From contig NW_003314483.1 in the NCBI RefSeq assembly GCF_000143415.4, forward strand, positions 1-21,250: DNA of 21,250 nucleotides, given 5' to 3'. Below, piece by piece: positions 1 to 9,741 of the stretch. Both the position numbers and the translations under genes were made by a program. The notes below the pieces were generated by a model. It was given only the letters and a program-made list of their open reading frames with translations, did no database searches and was not told where the DNA came from. Positions within the stretch are counted from its first letter, which is position 1, and each line of letters starts with the position of its first letter. This DNA is from Selaginella moellendorffii. Lineage: Eukaryota > Plantae > Lycopodiophyta.

Positions 1-204
1 AGCCATAGACATAAGAGATGTTGATGTCTGGGAGAATACAAAAAAGAAAAACGCAAGCAAATGAAGTTAGTAATGGTATAGGAACTTACTGCTGGCATTT
101 TCTAAGCCACTCGAACTTTCTTCATGCCCAAGTTGTTCTCAAGTGCCGGGAGCACTCCTTTTCACACCACTCCTTCACAGCTTGTCAGTCTTAATGCTGC
201 AATT

Positions 205-650
205 TTTGACAAATCCATGGGTGTTGCAGAACCTGATCGAACCTGAACCTGATTGGTCCTTGCCTGTTTGCAGCGGAGGATCTCCTTTCTAAGATGTTGG
301 CCGTGGATCCGAAACAGAGGTCGCCCCCTGTCACACGAGATCAAATGCTTCCATTGGCTGGTATCCTCCCTTTCCCAGCATCTTGTATAAAATTGCTCCT
401 AGCCCCCACATTTCGATGGCTGCCATGTAGAGCTCCAATTCTTGTTCTCCACCACCTCAGCTGCCATGTACTTCGCTGTTGTGATATCTCCTAAAGGTGC
501 TGATCACCACTTGTCATGCATGTTTAGCTTGGAAAGAATGTTGTCGAGCTTGAGATTCTGGTGAACCACGCCCCTCAAATAAATCTCTTTGAAGGTCTTT
601 ACCAGCTGCTTGATGATTCTGGCTACCAATCTTCTTGCAAATATGCTATA
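205..650 (-). pseudogene. Degenerate Ser/Thr protein kinase fragment (subdomains VIa-XI, CAMK/CDPK-like)
   Basis: In order on the minus strand: RIIKQLV..RGVVHQNLKLDNIL (HRDLKxxN catalytic loop, altered), TAKYMAAEVV (YxAPE), IEMWGLGAILYKMLG (DxWSLGxILY), DQVLQHPWI. Stops and frameshifts lie between the motifs and no DFG is recognisable. Confidence 0.75.
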
Positions 651-721
651 TTTAAAAGACCAAATAATTATGGAATAACGCCTTAAGAAGGGAAGGCAAA
701 ATTTCCACCAACGAACACATG

Positions 722-1100
722 CCCTGTCCAAAAGGAGACTCGGACAACACCACAAAGTCAGCAAACTTTCCTGGCGTCAGCGACCCAACCAAATCCTCCA
801 ATGCATCTGCATACACAGCCGAGGATGTGTACCTGTGAATCCAAAAACAAAAACTGCATTTCAGTTTCTCATCTGTTATCTCTTACCCTGCCACTACGTC
901 CCATGCAGAAATCCTTTCCTCGGGATGACTCCAGCCTGAAGTGTTCTCTCCACGGCTGTGCGGATTCCTCCAAGTGGATTCACTGCTACCACCTTGAGAC
1001 AAACCATTCATGTAACGCCGAACGAAAAGTATTTGACAGGCTTACAGGCCAGTCAGATCCTAGAGCAACCACACTACCGTTTCCGAGGAGGGAAATCATT
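722..1100 (-). pseudogene. C-terminal fragment of a LAF3-like amidohydrolase-3 family gene (three exon pieces)
   Basis: Spliced reading SLLGNGSVVALGSDWP|VVAVNPLGGIRTAVERT...ERISAWDVVAG|YTSSAVYADALEDLVGSLTPGKFADFVVLS, with GT-AG introns at 1045-993 and 886-833. GSDWPV and GSLxPGKxADFVVL are amidohydrolase-3 C-terminal motifs. The N-terminal part is absent. Confidence 0.8.
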
Positions 1101-1528
1101 GCACTTCACCAGTTTATACCCCTCTTTGTGGCAAGCCTGTAGCTTTTGCGTTATAGAAGTGTAAAGTAGGGACCATGTATTAGCACCCACTCTGCAAAAG
1201 AGAGCCGATTAGGAAGGATTCTAGCAGTGTATCACCTTTTCATGTCCGTGTTCACAGAAGATTATAAAGAAGGTAAACTAACAAAAAAAAGCACATTACT
1301 AAAAAACAATCTTTTGTATTGTGTAGACAAAGAAGAAACAACTGATAATCCAGAAGAACAAAAAAAAAGTGAGGCTGTGTAATAAAGACTTTGTGAAACT
1401 TTAATAATTATAGGAAGAGAAGGTATGGATATCCATGGTTTCTTTGAACTCCTCTTTGCTCGGTTGGCCTTCACAGAAAAACGGCAACCATATTGTCAGC
1501 AGCAATGTCAATAAAAGAAGAAGCCAAC

Positions 1529-2504
1529 CTGTGTCGAGGAAATACATGTCATCCAGAGCTTCAAGCTCTTCGTTACATCCCCCATAGAAGAATAATATGC
1601 CTCGCTCTGCGTTCACCAGCTCTTGGCATCAGCTCGGCACCAGTCGTCTTTACCTCCCGCCATGCCATTGTTTCTGGAAATACAAATGAATTCGCAAGTT
1701 TAAAACCAGCACAATGTATGTACCTGTGTCCAGAATATGAACGTCGTATAGATAGGCATTACCACCGTCCTCGCCACCCATGACAATGCAACAGTTCTTA
1801 TAGGAAGAGCAGGTATGGATATCCCGAGGAATAGGTGAGACTCCAGTGGTAGAAATCTTCTTCCAGACAAAAGTATCTACAGGAAAAAAAAGAGTTTAGA
1901 AGAAAACCAGGAAAGATAACAGGATTTTACTCGTGTTCAAAACATGGAGGTCGTTGTAGTACTCCTCCTCTGAGGGATCGCTGGATTTCCCACATCCCCC
2001 AAACACGAACAGGTTGTCACCGATGAGAGATGCGCTATGTCCTTCTCTCGGAGCAGGAACATCACCAAAAACGTCGGGTTTCCCCCAGGTGTTGGTAGCT
2101 GCATCGGATGATAAGAACAAGAAAAAAAAATCGATAGAACTCACTTACCAGTATCCAAAACAAAGAGATCGTCTAGCGGGCTGGTTCCATCGGTACCACC
2201 AAACACATAGAGCTTAGACCCGACGGCCGTGGAGCTGTGGCTGTCCCGAGGAGAAGGGTGCGTTCCTTTCATCACAGGCTTGCTCCAGATGTACGTCCCT
2301 GCACGATCCCACCAAAACATGATCAAAACCATATTTCTGGAAAACCCAGAAGATGAAACTTATACCAATGTTGAAGACGTGAACATCGTTGGTCTGGCAC
2401 TCATCCCGGCCGCAGCCACCGAAAATGTAGATGAGATTCCTGACCACATTGCAGGTGTGGCCCCATTTGCACCCCGGCGGCTGCTGCTGGAGCTGATCGC
2501 TGGA
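1529..2504 (-). pseudogene. Kelch-repeat (galactose oxidase/kelch superfamily) gene fragment, five exons, lacking a start and with an internal deletion
   Basis: Exons ~2504-2366, 2298-2149, 2098-1931, 1876-1724 and 1673-1529 are separated by 67/50/54/50-nt GT-AG introns. They splice to KWGHTCN..IYIFGGCG..NDVHVF, PRDSHS..LYVFGGTDG, PREGHSA..LFVFGGCG, PRDIHTC..VMGGEDG, then PRAG / frameshift / LFFYGGCNEELEALDDMYFLDT. In-frame stops at 2513-2511 and 2507-2505 precede it and there is no ATG. Confidence 0.88.
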
Positions 2505-2610
2505 TCAAGTTTATAGCGCTGCAAAATAGAAATCCCTCTCAATGCATTAAAAACACAACTGAAGAACAAGGAAGTGAACCGTGGACGAAAATTTCTATTT
2601 TTTCTCTTGA

Positions 2611-2769
2611 TTCCAGCCTCGAGCACCTGGAACAAACAGGAACTTTAAGCCTCGAAAGAGAATAGCGAAGAGCAAGAGAGTGAAAAACCTTGATTCTAGT
2701 CGTGGTTCCAGCCTCGAGAACCTGGAACAAACAGGGACTTGAGAGACTCGAAAAAAGAATAGCGACGAG
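2611..2769. repeat. 95-bp tandem unit (33-nt exon-like + 62-nt intron-like); the second copy is interrupted at 2770 and resumes at 3192
   Basis: TTCCAGCCTCGAG(C/A)ACCTGGAACAAACAGG starts at 2611 and again at 2706. The same two units are uninterrupted at ~8678-8868. Confidence 0.85.
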
Positions 2770-3191
2770 AGTTAAAATACAAAACAAGCCTTCAACGTCA
2801 AGACACACGACGATACCTTTGCCACTCAGAGGCCGACGCGTCGCAAAACGCTTTGATCTTTGCCTCTTCCTCGGCTTTAGCCGCGGCATCAGCCACAGGA
2901 ACAGTAGCTTGCGGAACTTGTTGGGCCTTTGAAGTTTGCGGGTCCTCGTATAAGTCGACACCAAAATCATTGCTCCAATCGGACTGGACAAAAGGCAAAG
3001 GATCTCATGAGAAAAAGAGATTGACAAAAAAGAAAGACTCGAAACTTACAGTGGTCGTCTTGACAGGATTTTCCACCTTGCTCAAGAGTTCCTCCACAAC
3101 TTTGGGCCTGCCAAATACTCCAGAGTCATAAACACAGCACACATAGAAAGCGATGAAAAAAAAATGCTTACTCTGGCTTGGGCTCTGTGAT
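2770..3191 (-). pseudogene. Captured three-exon internal fragment resembling RBBP6/Mpe1/PQT3-type DWNN-domain E3 ligase (region downstream of DWNN)
   Basis: Exons ~3191-3172, 3107-3050 and 2983-2817 splice in frame to ITEPKPEPKVVEELLSKVENPVKTTTSDWSNDFGVDLYEDPQ...KAEEEAKIKAFCDASASEWQR. This resembles the plant DWNN-protein motifs DEFGxDLY and DEDSKIKALIDTPALDWQ as I recall them. The segment is absent from the sister copy at ~8835. Confidence 0.65.
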
Positions 3192-3486
3192 GAGCAAGAG
3201 AGTGAAGAACCTTGATTCTAGTCGTCGATGACAACGTGAATCCCCTTGTTGTCCGAGACGTCGTCCCTGTCGTGCGCTCCACCAGAGCCTCTTCGCCTTT
3301 CACTCCCAATCCTCGTCCGAGGAGAGCACGTCGATCTACCGAATGCACTTGCGCAGGCGGATGCCGGCGGATTTGTTCCCCGCGTAAGTCTGGAAGGCGT
3401 CGAGCCTGTTCTCGCTGATCATCGAGCACAACTATGGCGACACAGAGAAAGCGGTGAGCCTCTCAAACCTTTGCAAACGGAGAAAG

Positions 3487-3490
<4 letters not shown>

Positions 3491-3546
<56 letters not shown>
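3491..3546. repeat. (AG)28 microsatellite
   Basis: Direct read; homologous to the (AG)21 tract at 9697-9738. Confidence 0.97.
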
Positions 3547-3549
<3 letters not shown>

Positions 3550-3942
3550 CCTCCCGCAAGCGATGATCGACGCTCTCTCCTCGTGCTCACGCGCCCTAGA
3601 AGAGAATTGAAATTTTTTATGATCCCAAAAGTCACGGCTCTCCTTTGTTTAATCTCAGCCATTAGATTTTGGCATATGCCCAGAATAAGTGTCGCCAGTA
3701 TATGCTATTATTATACCGGCTTTTTCGTTTAAATATATGAGTACTAGCAAAAGTCCCAGCTACGCTGGGAGCATCGTGTTTATTCCTGATGTTTTAGTAA
3801 TTTCAAAGAGTTGTAATTGTAATTGTAATTTTTAACATAATCATTATTATAGCATACATAATTAAACATAATATAATATTTATATTGAAAGTCCCTTTTA
3901 CATTGTATGATCCCGATAAATGTAATATAAATGTAATAAATA

Positions 3943-4632
3943 TCTGTTGTGCTCATTGAACGAAATCTGTTTGCAAGATTAACTGAAGAGAGCTACTTGA
4001 AGCTCCAGAAGCTTACTGAGTCACTGTGAACAATCCCAAAGCTCTTAAGCAGTATGTGCCCCTACAACAGCATGCCTTGCAAGGTGGCCTATGGAGCATA
4101 AGATTGTTCTTCTTACCGAGATGAGAAGGGTAAGTGATGTTTACTTCCTCTCTGTCTTATTTTCTCGTTGATACTGGTTTTTTCTGATATGACAGTTCAC
4201 GTATCTAACTGTCCTCTACAGTTTATATAGGAAAGACTCCAGTCTCGATGTGGATGAGATTTTCTCCTTGTACTACATTGTCAACCAAGGCATTCAGGCT
4301 TTCCCCATCAACTTCCCCAACACTGCCTACAACAAAGCCTTGAAGGTAAAAGCCATATGCATTGTCTTACATAGTTTTGTGATGTTTTCCCATTCTCAGG
4401 CCAGGTGAAAGGTCATCAGGCTTATCCAGGACCTGATCAACCAGCGAAGAGCTTCTAGAAAGCCACAGGAAACAAGCATTCTTTTGTTGCTCATGGATGA
4501 GCTGGATGACAAAGGAGAGTTTCTGGAAGTGCTGAAATCATAGACATGCTCAACATGTACATAAACCCTGGTCACAAATTGATGGCTGATGGTTTCCTAA
4601 AGCAAAATCCTGATGTGCTCGAGAAAGTGAAG
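3943..4632 (+). pseudogene. Cytochrome P450 internal fragment, CYP88/ent-kaurenoic acid oxidase-like (CYP85 clan)
   Basis: Pieces LIERNLFARLTEESYLKLQKLTE/TVNNPKALKQYVP, VNQGIQAFPINFPNTAYNKALK|AR*KVIRLIQDLINQRR, LMDELDDKGE, EIIDMLNMYINPGH (I-helix; KAO has EIIDxLxMYLNAGHES) and FLKQNPDVLEKVK. GT-AG introns, stops and frameshifts are present. Confidence 0.8.
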
Positions 4633-6309
4633 ATAAACATTTACAATTTCATACAAATTTTCCTTCATACAATCTTTCTTCTTTAGGCTACATCCAGACT
4701 ACTCTGTAAAAGTTTCAAACTTCTGTAATTATAAAAGAAAAAAATATTCTACTGAATTGTATTATATTTATGCTTAATATATAAATTATTGTTATATTAT
4801 AACATGCTATATTATAATGTATATATAAATTTTTGTTTTTTTAGTATCATGATTTTTATGATATTAAAATATTATAGAATAAGTTATTAATATCTTAACT
4901 TATAATTTATAGTATAATTTGTCTAACCAGAAGCCCATGCATGCATTGTCATAAAGTGTGGAATACAAATAGATTTCCTATTCCATCTACATGATCAACA
5001 AGAAATAGATGTGACTCACTCTTATTGTCTAATGCTAGCTTGCAATAGTGTTGTCTGGATGGTGTCACCCTAATAACTTGGATATGAGCATACATCACTT
5101 TTTTTCTCCGTGGCAATTTGGCACATTGTGGCAGCATTACATCTTGAATGTCTGTCAGATCCTCATCACTATCAAGCTTCAAAAAAGCTAATCAGCTCAC
5201 TACCCTGGCCTGAATTACCCTAATGCCTGGGTAGATAAAGAAGATATATCTTAGCCCACATATCACTGTAGAGTTCAAATGGCCAGTCCTGCATGTAGAG
5301 CTTCCGCATTGGGAACAATTTTCCAAAGATATTTGTCATCACAACGTCTGCTTTCCATTGAAAAAAAATGTGAGGGAGAAGAACATGATAATGCGGTGAG
5401 AGAAAAAATACAAGAAACAACTTTGTGTTTCTTTCAGTTAGATTCATTGTTTGTTTCAGAGTTCAAGTAAAAAAGGTTACTCACAAAAAGAATAGCAGAT
5501 TGTATAATTTATGATGTTGAAGTGTTTAGAGTACATCCACACTTCCATACTTCGCATTTATACATTTTTATAAGTACTTAAATTTATTTTCTAATATAAT
5601 ACCTGCAGTCAAAAAAGTTATATGTGTATTAATACGAAATTATAATAGTGCATTAGCATTTGCATCAATAGGTGCAAACATTGAAGAGGTTGCAGTAGGT
5701 GACCCTTATTATTTTAAAATACATGGACAAGTTTATCATAATATTGGTTTATTCACAGTTATATATTTTAGATACTGCTCAAGCAACAGAAAAGTATGGT
5801 AAATAAGTATTGAAATAATAAAATCAGTGATATGATTTGTGATTTTTTGAGAACATTTGCTTGTGCTTCATCAGCATTTCACTTGACAAGTTCTTGTCAA
5901 CTCATCCATGATGTTTTGCATTTTATCTAACACTTATTTTGCTTTTACTTTTGATTGTTGCCTACTTGATGGTTTGTTTGCATGGTTGGTTGTGTAGAAT
6001 TTATTGTCTTTATCCATCTTCCTCTTGCCACTTTTTATGCTTAGAAACTGAATACATACATAGGTAAAATTCATGTTTATATTAAGCATTAGTCCTTAAT
6101 TCTTACCATCACATCTCACCATTGTGGAGTTATCATTCTCCATCTCTTCAAAAATTTGGAGAGGTATTTTTTGAATCAACCTAACTTCTTTTGAGCCATC
6201 CATCAAAACTCTTATTCAGTTTCTATATAATAGTTGTGCTAACAGTGCATATACACGTGGCTTAGATAGAAAATAAAGAGATAGTTTGAATTCAAGTCTC
6301 GGCATCCTA

Positions 6310-6440
6310 CAACACAGAACTCATATGCTCACGCTTCACACACTTAAGCATATCCATCGCCACCTTTTGATCATCTCTCCAAGTCCTCGTGAACTTTACA
6401 GGCACTAAGCAGTCACTAAGAAGTGAATGACATTCTCTTG
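6310..6440 (-). pseudogene. PPR protein (PLS class) E-motif remnant
   Basis: LLSACKVHEDLER (6412-6374) matches the E-motif consensus WxxLLxACxxHGDxExG; flanked by stops. Confidence 0.55.
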
Positions 6441-6849
6441 ATGAACCTATCTGCATCTTGTATTAGTTTAGTTCTCTTGAGAAAGTCTGCCACAGTACGT
6501 GCTCGTGTGATAAGTCCACATTATCCACATTCTCATTATCATCAGGATCATACAAGAGTGGAAGTGCCTGGAAATTTAGAAGCAGAGAAAACATTGTTCA
6601 AGTTATTACTTTCTGATCATCCCCAGAGGAAATAAGTGAAGAGTTAGGCAGCACACTGAGTACAAGAGTCACCACATCTGTGATCCATACGCCACAAATA
6701 GTTGAGAACCGTATGGAACTGTTTGCAGGACTTTCCCAGAGGCTCATTATGCGAAGCCAATGTTGTTGTTGTCCTTGTGTTCTCCACCACATCATGTGCA
6801 GGAAAGACAGAGACAAATAGGGATCATCATAACAAACTGCTCGAGGCTA

Positions 6850-7105
6850 CCCCACCATGTGGAGATGATTCCAGTGGAGTGGTTCCATAAAGCTTCTCGA
6901 TGTAGTCCCCAAGAACATGTTATATTGAAATCCCTAGCAATGGCACTACCACAGAGAATGCTACCGTCCCAACTCCATGCTCAAGCCCTGGAAGAATGCC
7001 TATCTTCCGGCCTGCTATGAGAGTTCTAAACAGCACGGGAGGGATTTTTTTTGGTGGGTTCCTCTTCGCAGTGAATGGATTCTCTTTAGTGAGTGTGCAG
7101 TTCCA
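6850..7105. repeat. Dispersed diverged repeat, second copy at ~10492-10746 (same orientation)
   Basis: Collinear shared blocks CCATGTGGAGA, GGTTCCATA, AGAATGCTACYGTCCCAACTCCATGCT, CTGGAAGAATGC, ATGAGAGTTCTA and AGTGAATGGATTCT. Confidence 0.85.
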
Positions 7106-7915
7106 TGTGCTGATATCAGTAGCACTAAAGAGGAGGAAAATTCTGTATTGGGACAGCGAGCATAACTGCGAGTGTGCGCTCATATTTACATGATTCTGAG
7201 TCTGCGCAAGCATGGAATTTAAGTAAGCTTTTGCGAAAGTGACCGTGAGTGATATGGTGTAAGCTTTGTATTGCTTACTTGTTGCTTAGTGCTTCAACAG
7301 GAATACCAGAGGAGAAGAGACATCTTGCGACAGGCCAACTATAGGCTCCATGGTTCATGTGGAGGACACAGCCTGATTATGTAGAGGAGCTGTTGATATA
7401 AATGTAGAGAAGCAAGGTGACTTTGAGCTTGAACTGAGCAATGGGCTTGTACTTGGCCTTCTCGATACATATGTTACTGCTATGTGTGTTGGTCAGAGTG
7501 CTCACTTAGAGCAAAGAAGGAAAGACATTTGCTATTTTTTGTAGCCAGTCAAGGGTAGGAGACACCTTATATATAATGTAGTATTACAACACAAATACAA
7601 TTGAATCTGGCACCACTTCACTTAATTTGTCCTCAGACATGTGATGCTAATAGTAATTGGATTTGACAGCACCATGTCCCTGTAGAGAAACGCATGGTCA
7701 TCATTACCACTTCTAGAGCTGCTGCTCTGGATCACTGCCACCACGTTGAAGCTCACCTTGCCATTCAGAGATGGCTCCAAAGTGATAGAGCAAACCAGGA
7801 CCTCATCAATCTCTGCTGCTCGTGGGTGATGACAGACCCTGTAAGATCTTCATCCCTGTCCCTTGTGAGATCTTCGTCCCTGTCCCTCGCACTGCCCTTC
7901 TCACCTGGCTGCTAC

Positions 7916-8047
7916 GTACATGTGACTGATCCCAAACTGGTGGAGGATTCTCATGGCCTTGAGATCTTCTCACTGGTGATGGTACATGTGACTGATCCCA
8001 AACTGGTGGAGGATTCTCATGGGCTTGAGATCTTCTCACTGGTGATG
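7916..8047. repeat. 66-bp tandem duplication (2 copies, 1 mismatch)
   Basis: GTACATGTGACTGATCCCAAACTGGTGGAGGATTCTCATGG(C/G)CTTGAGATCTTCTCACTGGTGATG at 7916 and 7982. An adjacent 24-bp-period duplication lies at 7844-7887. Confidence 0.95.
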
Positions 8048-8573
8048 CTGCTGCTGCTACTGCTGTCATTCCGACTCCAAATCTCCTCTCTCTCTCCAGC
8101 CACTGCTGTCATAGATCAGATAGCGATATGTAGTGGTGCTTAAATTTTGTATCCTGGATCCACATGAGAATGACGTGATAGCAAAGAGCAAGACTTACCT
8201 GTAGCATTAAGTCGACTCTACCATTGGGACTTCTAGATAGCCTTTCTGTCACCATACTGCCGTAAAAAGCTGTGACAAAACCATACCCCAACCGAAGAAC
8301 TTCCTCTAGCTTTAATAGCAAAACTCACAAAGCACTATGTTTACCTGTATCCCAAGATATTCACTGACTTTCTCCAAAAAGAATAGATATCAGAGGTTCC
8401 ACTCTGTAATCAAGACGAAAGGATAAATGTAAACACTGCTAAGAGAGTATTCCATCATGTCCTCGCCAGTTTTTTTGCACTTGACTGCCAACACTTCCTC
8501 AAGAGAACTTGTCATAAACTGAAGAGCACCATGTATGGCTGTCGCGTATGACTATCCATGTAGAGACTACAGG

Positions 8574-9691
8574 GTTTATAGCGCTGCAAAATAGAAATCC
8601 CTCTCAATGCTTTAAAAACGCAAAACTGAAGAACAAGGAAGCGAACCGTGGATGAAATTTTCTATTTTTTCTCTTGGTTCCAGCCTTGAGCACCTGGAAC
8701 AAACAGGAACTTTAAGCCTCGAAAGAGAATAGCGAAGAGCAAGAGAGTGAAAAACCTTGATTCTAGTCGTGGTTCCAGCCTCGAGAACCTGGAACAAACA
8801 GGGACTTGAGAGACCGGAAAGAAGAATAGCGACAAGCAAGAGAGTGAAGAACCTTGATTCTAGTCGTCGATGACAACGTGAATCCCCTCGTTGTCCGAGA
8901 CGTCGTCCTTCTTGTAGCTCCATCCACCATAGCCTCTTCACCTTTCACTCCCAATCCTCGTCGCATTTCCGAGCAGAGCATGTCGATCTGCTGAATGCAC
9001 CTGCGCAGGTGGATGCTGGTGGATTTGTTCCCCGCATAAGTCTGGAAGGTGTCGAGCCTGTTCTCGCTGATCATCGAGCACAACTATGGCGACACAGAGA
9101 AAGCCGTGAGCCTCTCAAACCTTTGCAAATGGAGAAACAAACACAACCTCATTGTAATAGGCTGGAGCTTTCAGCCGCTTAGGATCGTTATCCAGTGCCG
9201 TTCCCAGGACTTCTTCCGGAGCTGTCCAAAAATGAACGCGTTAGAGTTTTTTCTAGTGTCTAAATCTAAGGAACTCACTCAAAGGTGTTGGATAAGGAAC
9301 AAATGTGGGTTGCGGCTTTTGGTAGGAGGTTTTGGTCCCTCGCCAGGCTCGATGCCACCGTTGCTGCAATTGGCTGGAATATCTTGGTCATCCTGGAACA
9401 TCTCAAGTTAGAATCGCAGGGATGACGATAGGGGGGTCAAGACTCTTTTACCAGATGATATTCTGCGTTGAGTACTTTTTTCCATAAGTGTGACTCGTTT
9501 CTTCACGAACTGGATAATTCTCCTGTTGAAGAACGCTTCAGCGTCAGTTAAATGATTGTCATTTTCCGGTGCATGAGCTTTTGAACCTGAGAATGAACCA
9601 ACTGGTGGCATCATGTACAGCTGACTGTAGCCTTCTAAATCATTCCATCAAACACACACATCAAACACACACACACACACACTCACAGAGG

Positions 9692-9741
<50 letters not shown>

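Larger units (their letters stand above)
1..3743 (-). mobile_element. Non-autonomous Helitron-like element, unit 1 (5' part; 3' end lies left of the window), carrying captured gene fragments
   Basis: The minus strand begins TACTCATATATTTAAACG at 3743, immediately after the CTAG of the neighbouring unit. 2509-3743 is homologous to 8574-9935 apart from one insert in each copy. The interior is a chain of unrelated minus-strand gene fragments. No Rep/helicase ORF is seen and the left boundary is not visible. Confidence 0.65.

Noticed and set aside
1529-3430. An intact chimeric protein-coding gene (unknown exon + RBBP6-like + kelch)
   Set aside because: Parts are in frame, but stops in the upstream exon and at 2513-2505, plus the frameshift near 1615, break every path I could build.
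3246-3732. ORFs with ERERER / SLSLSL runs (also 9569-9781)
   Set aside because: These are translations of the AG microsatellite.
4949-5470. Short minus-strand ORFs that may be another captured exon
   Set aside because: No recognisable motif; cannot be supported without a search.
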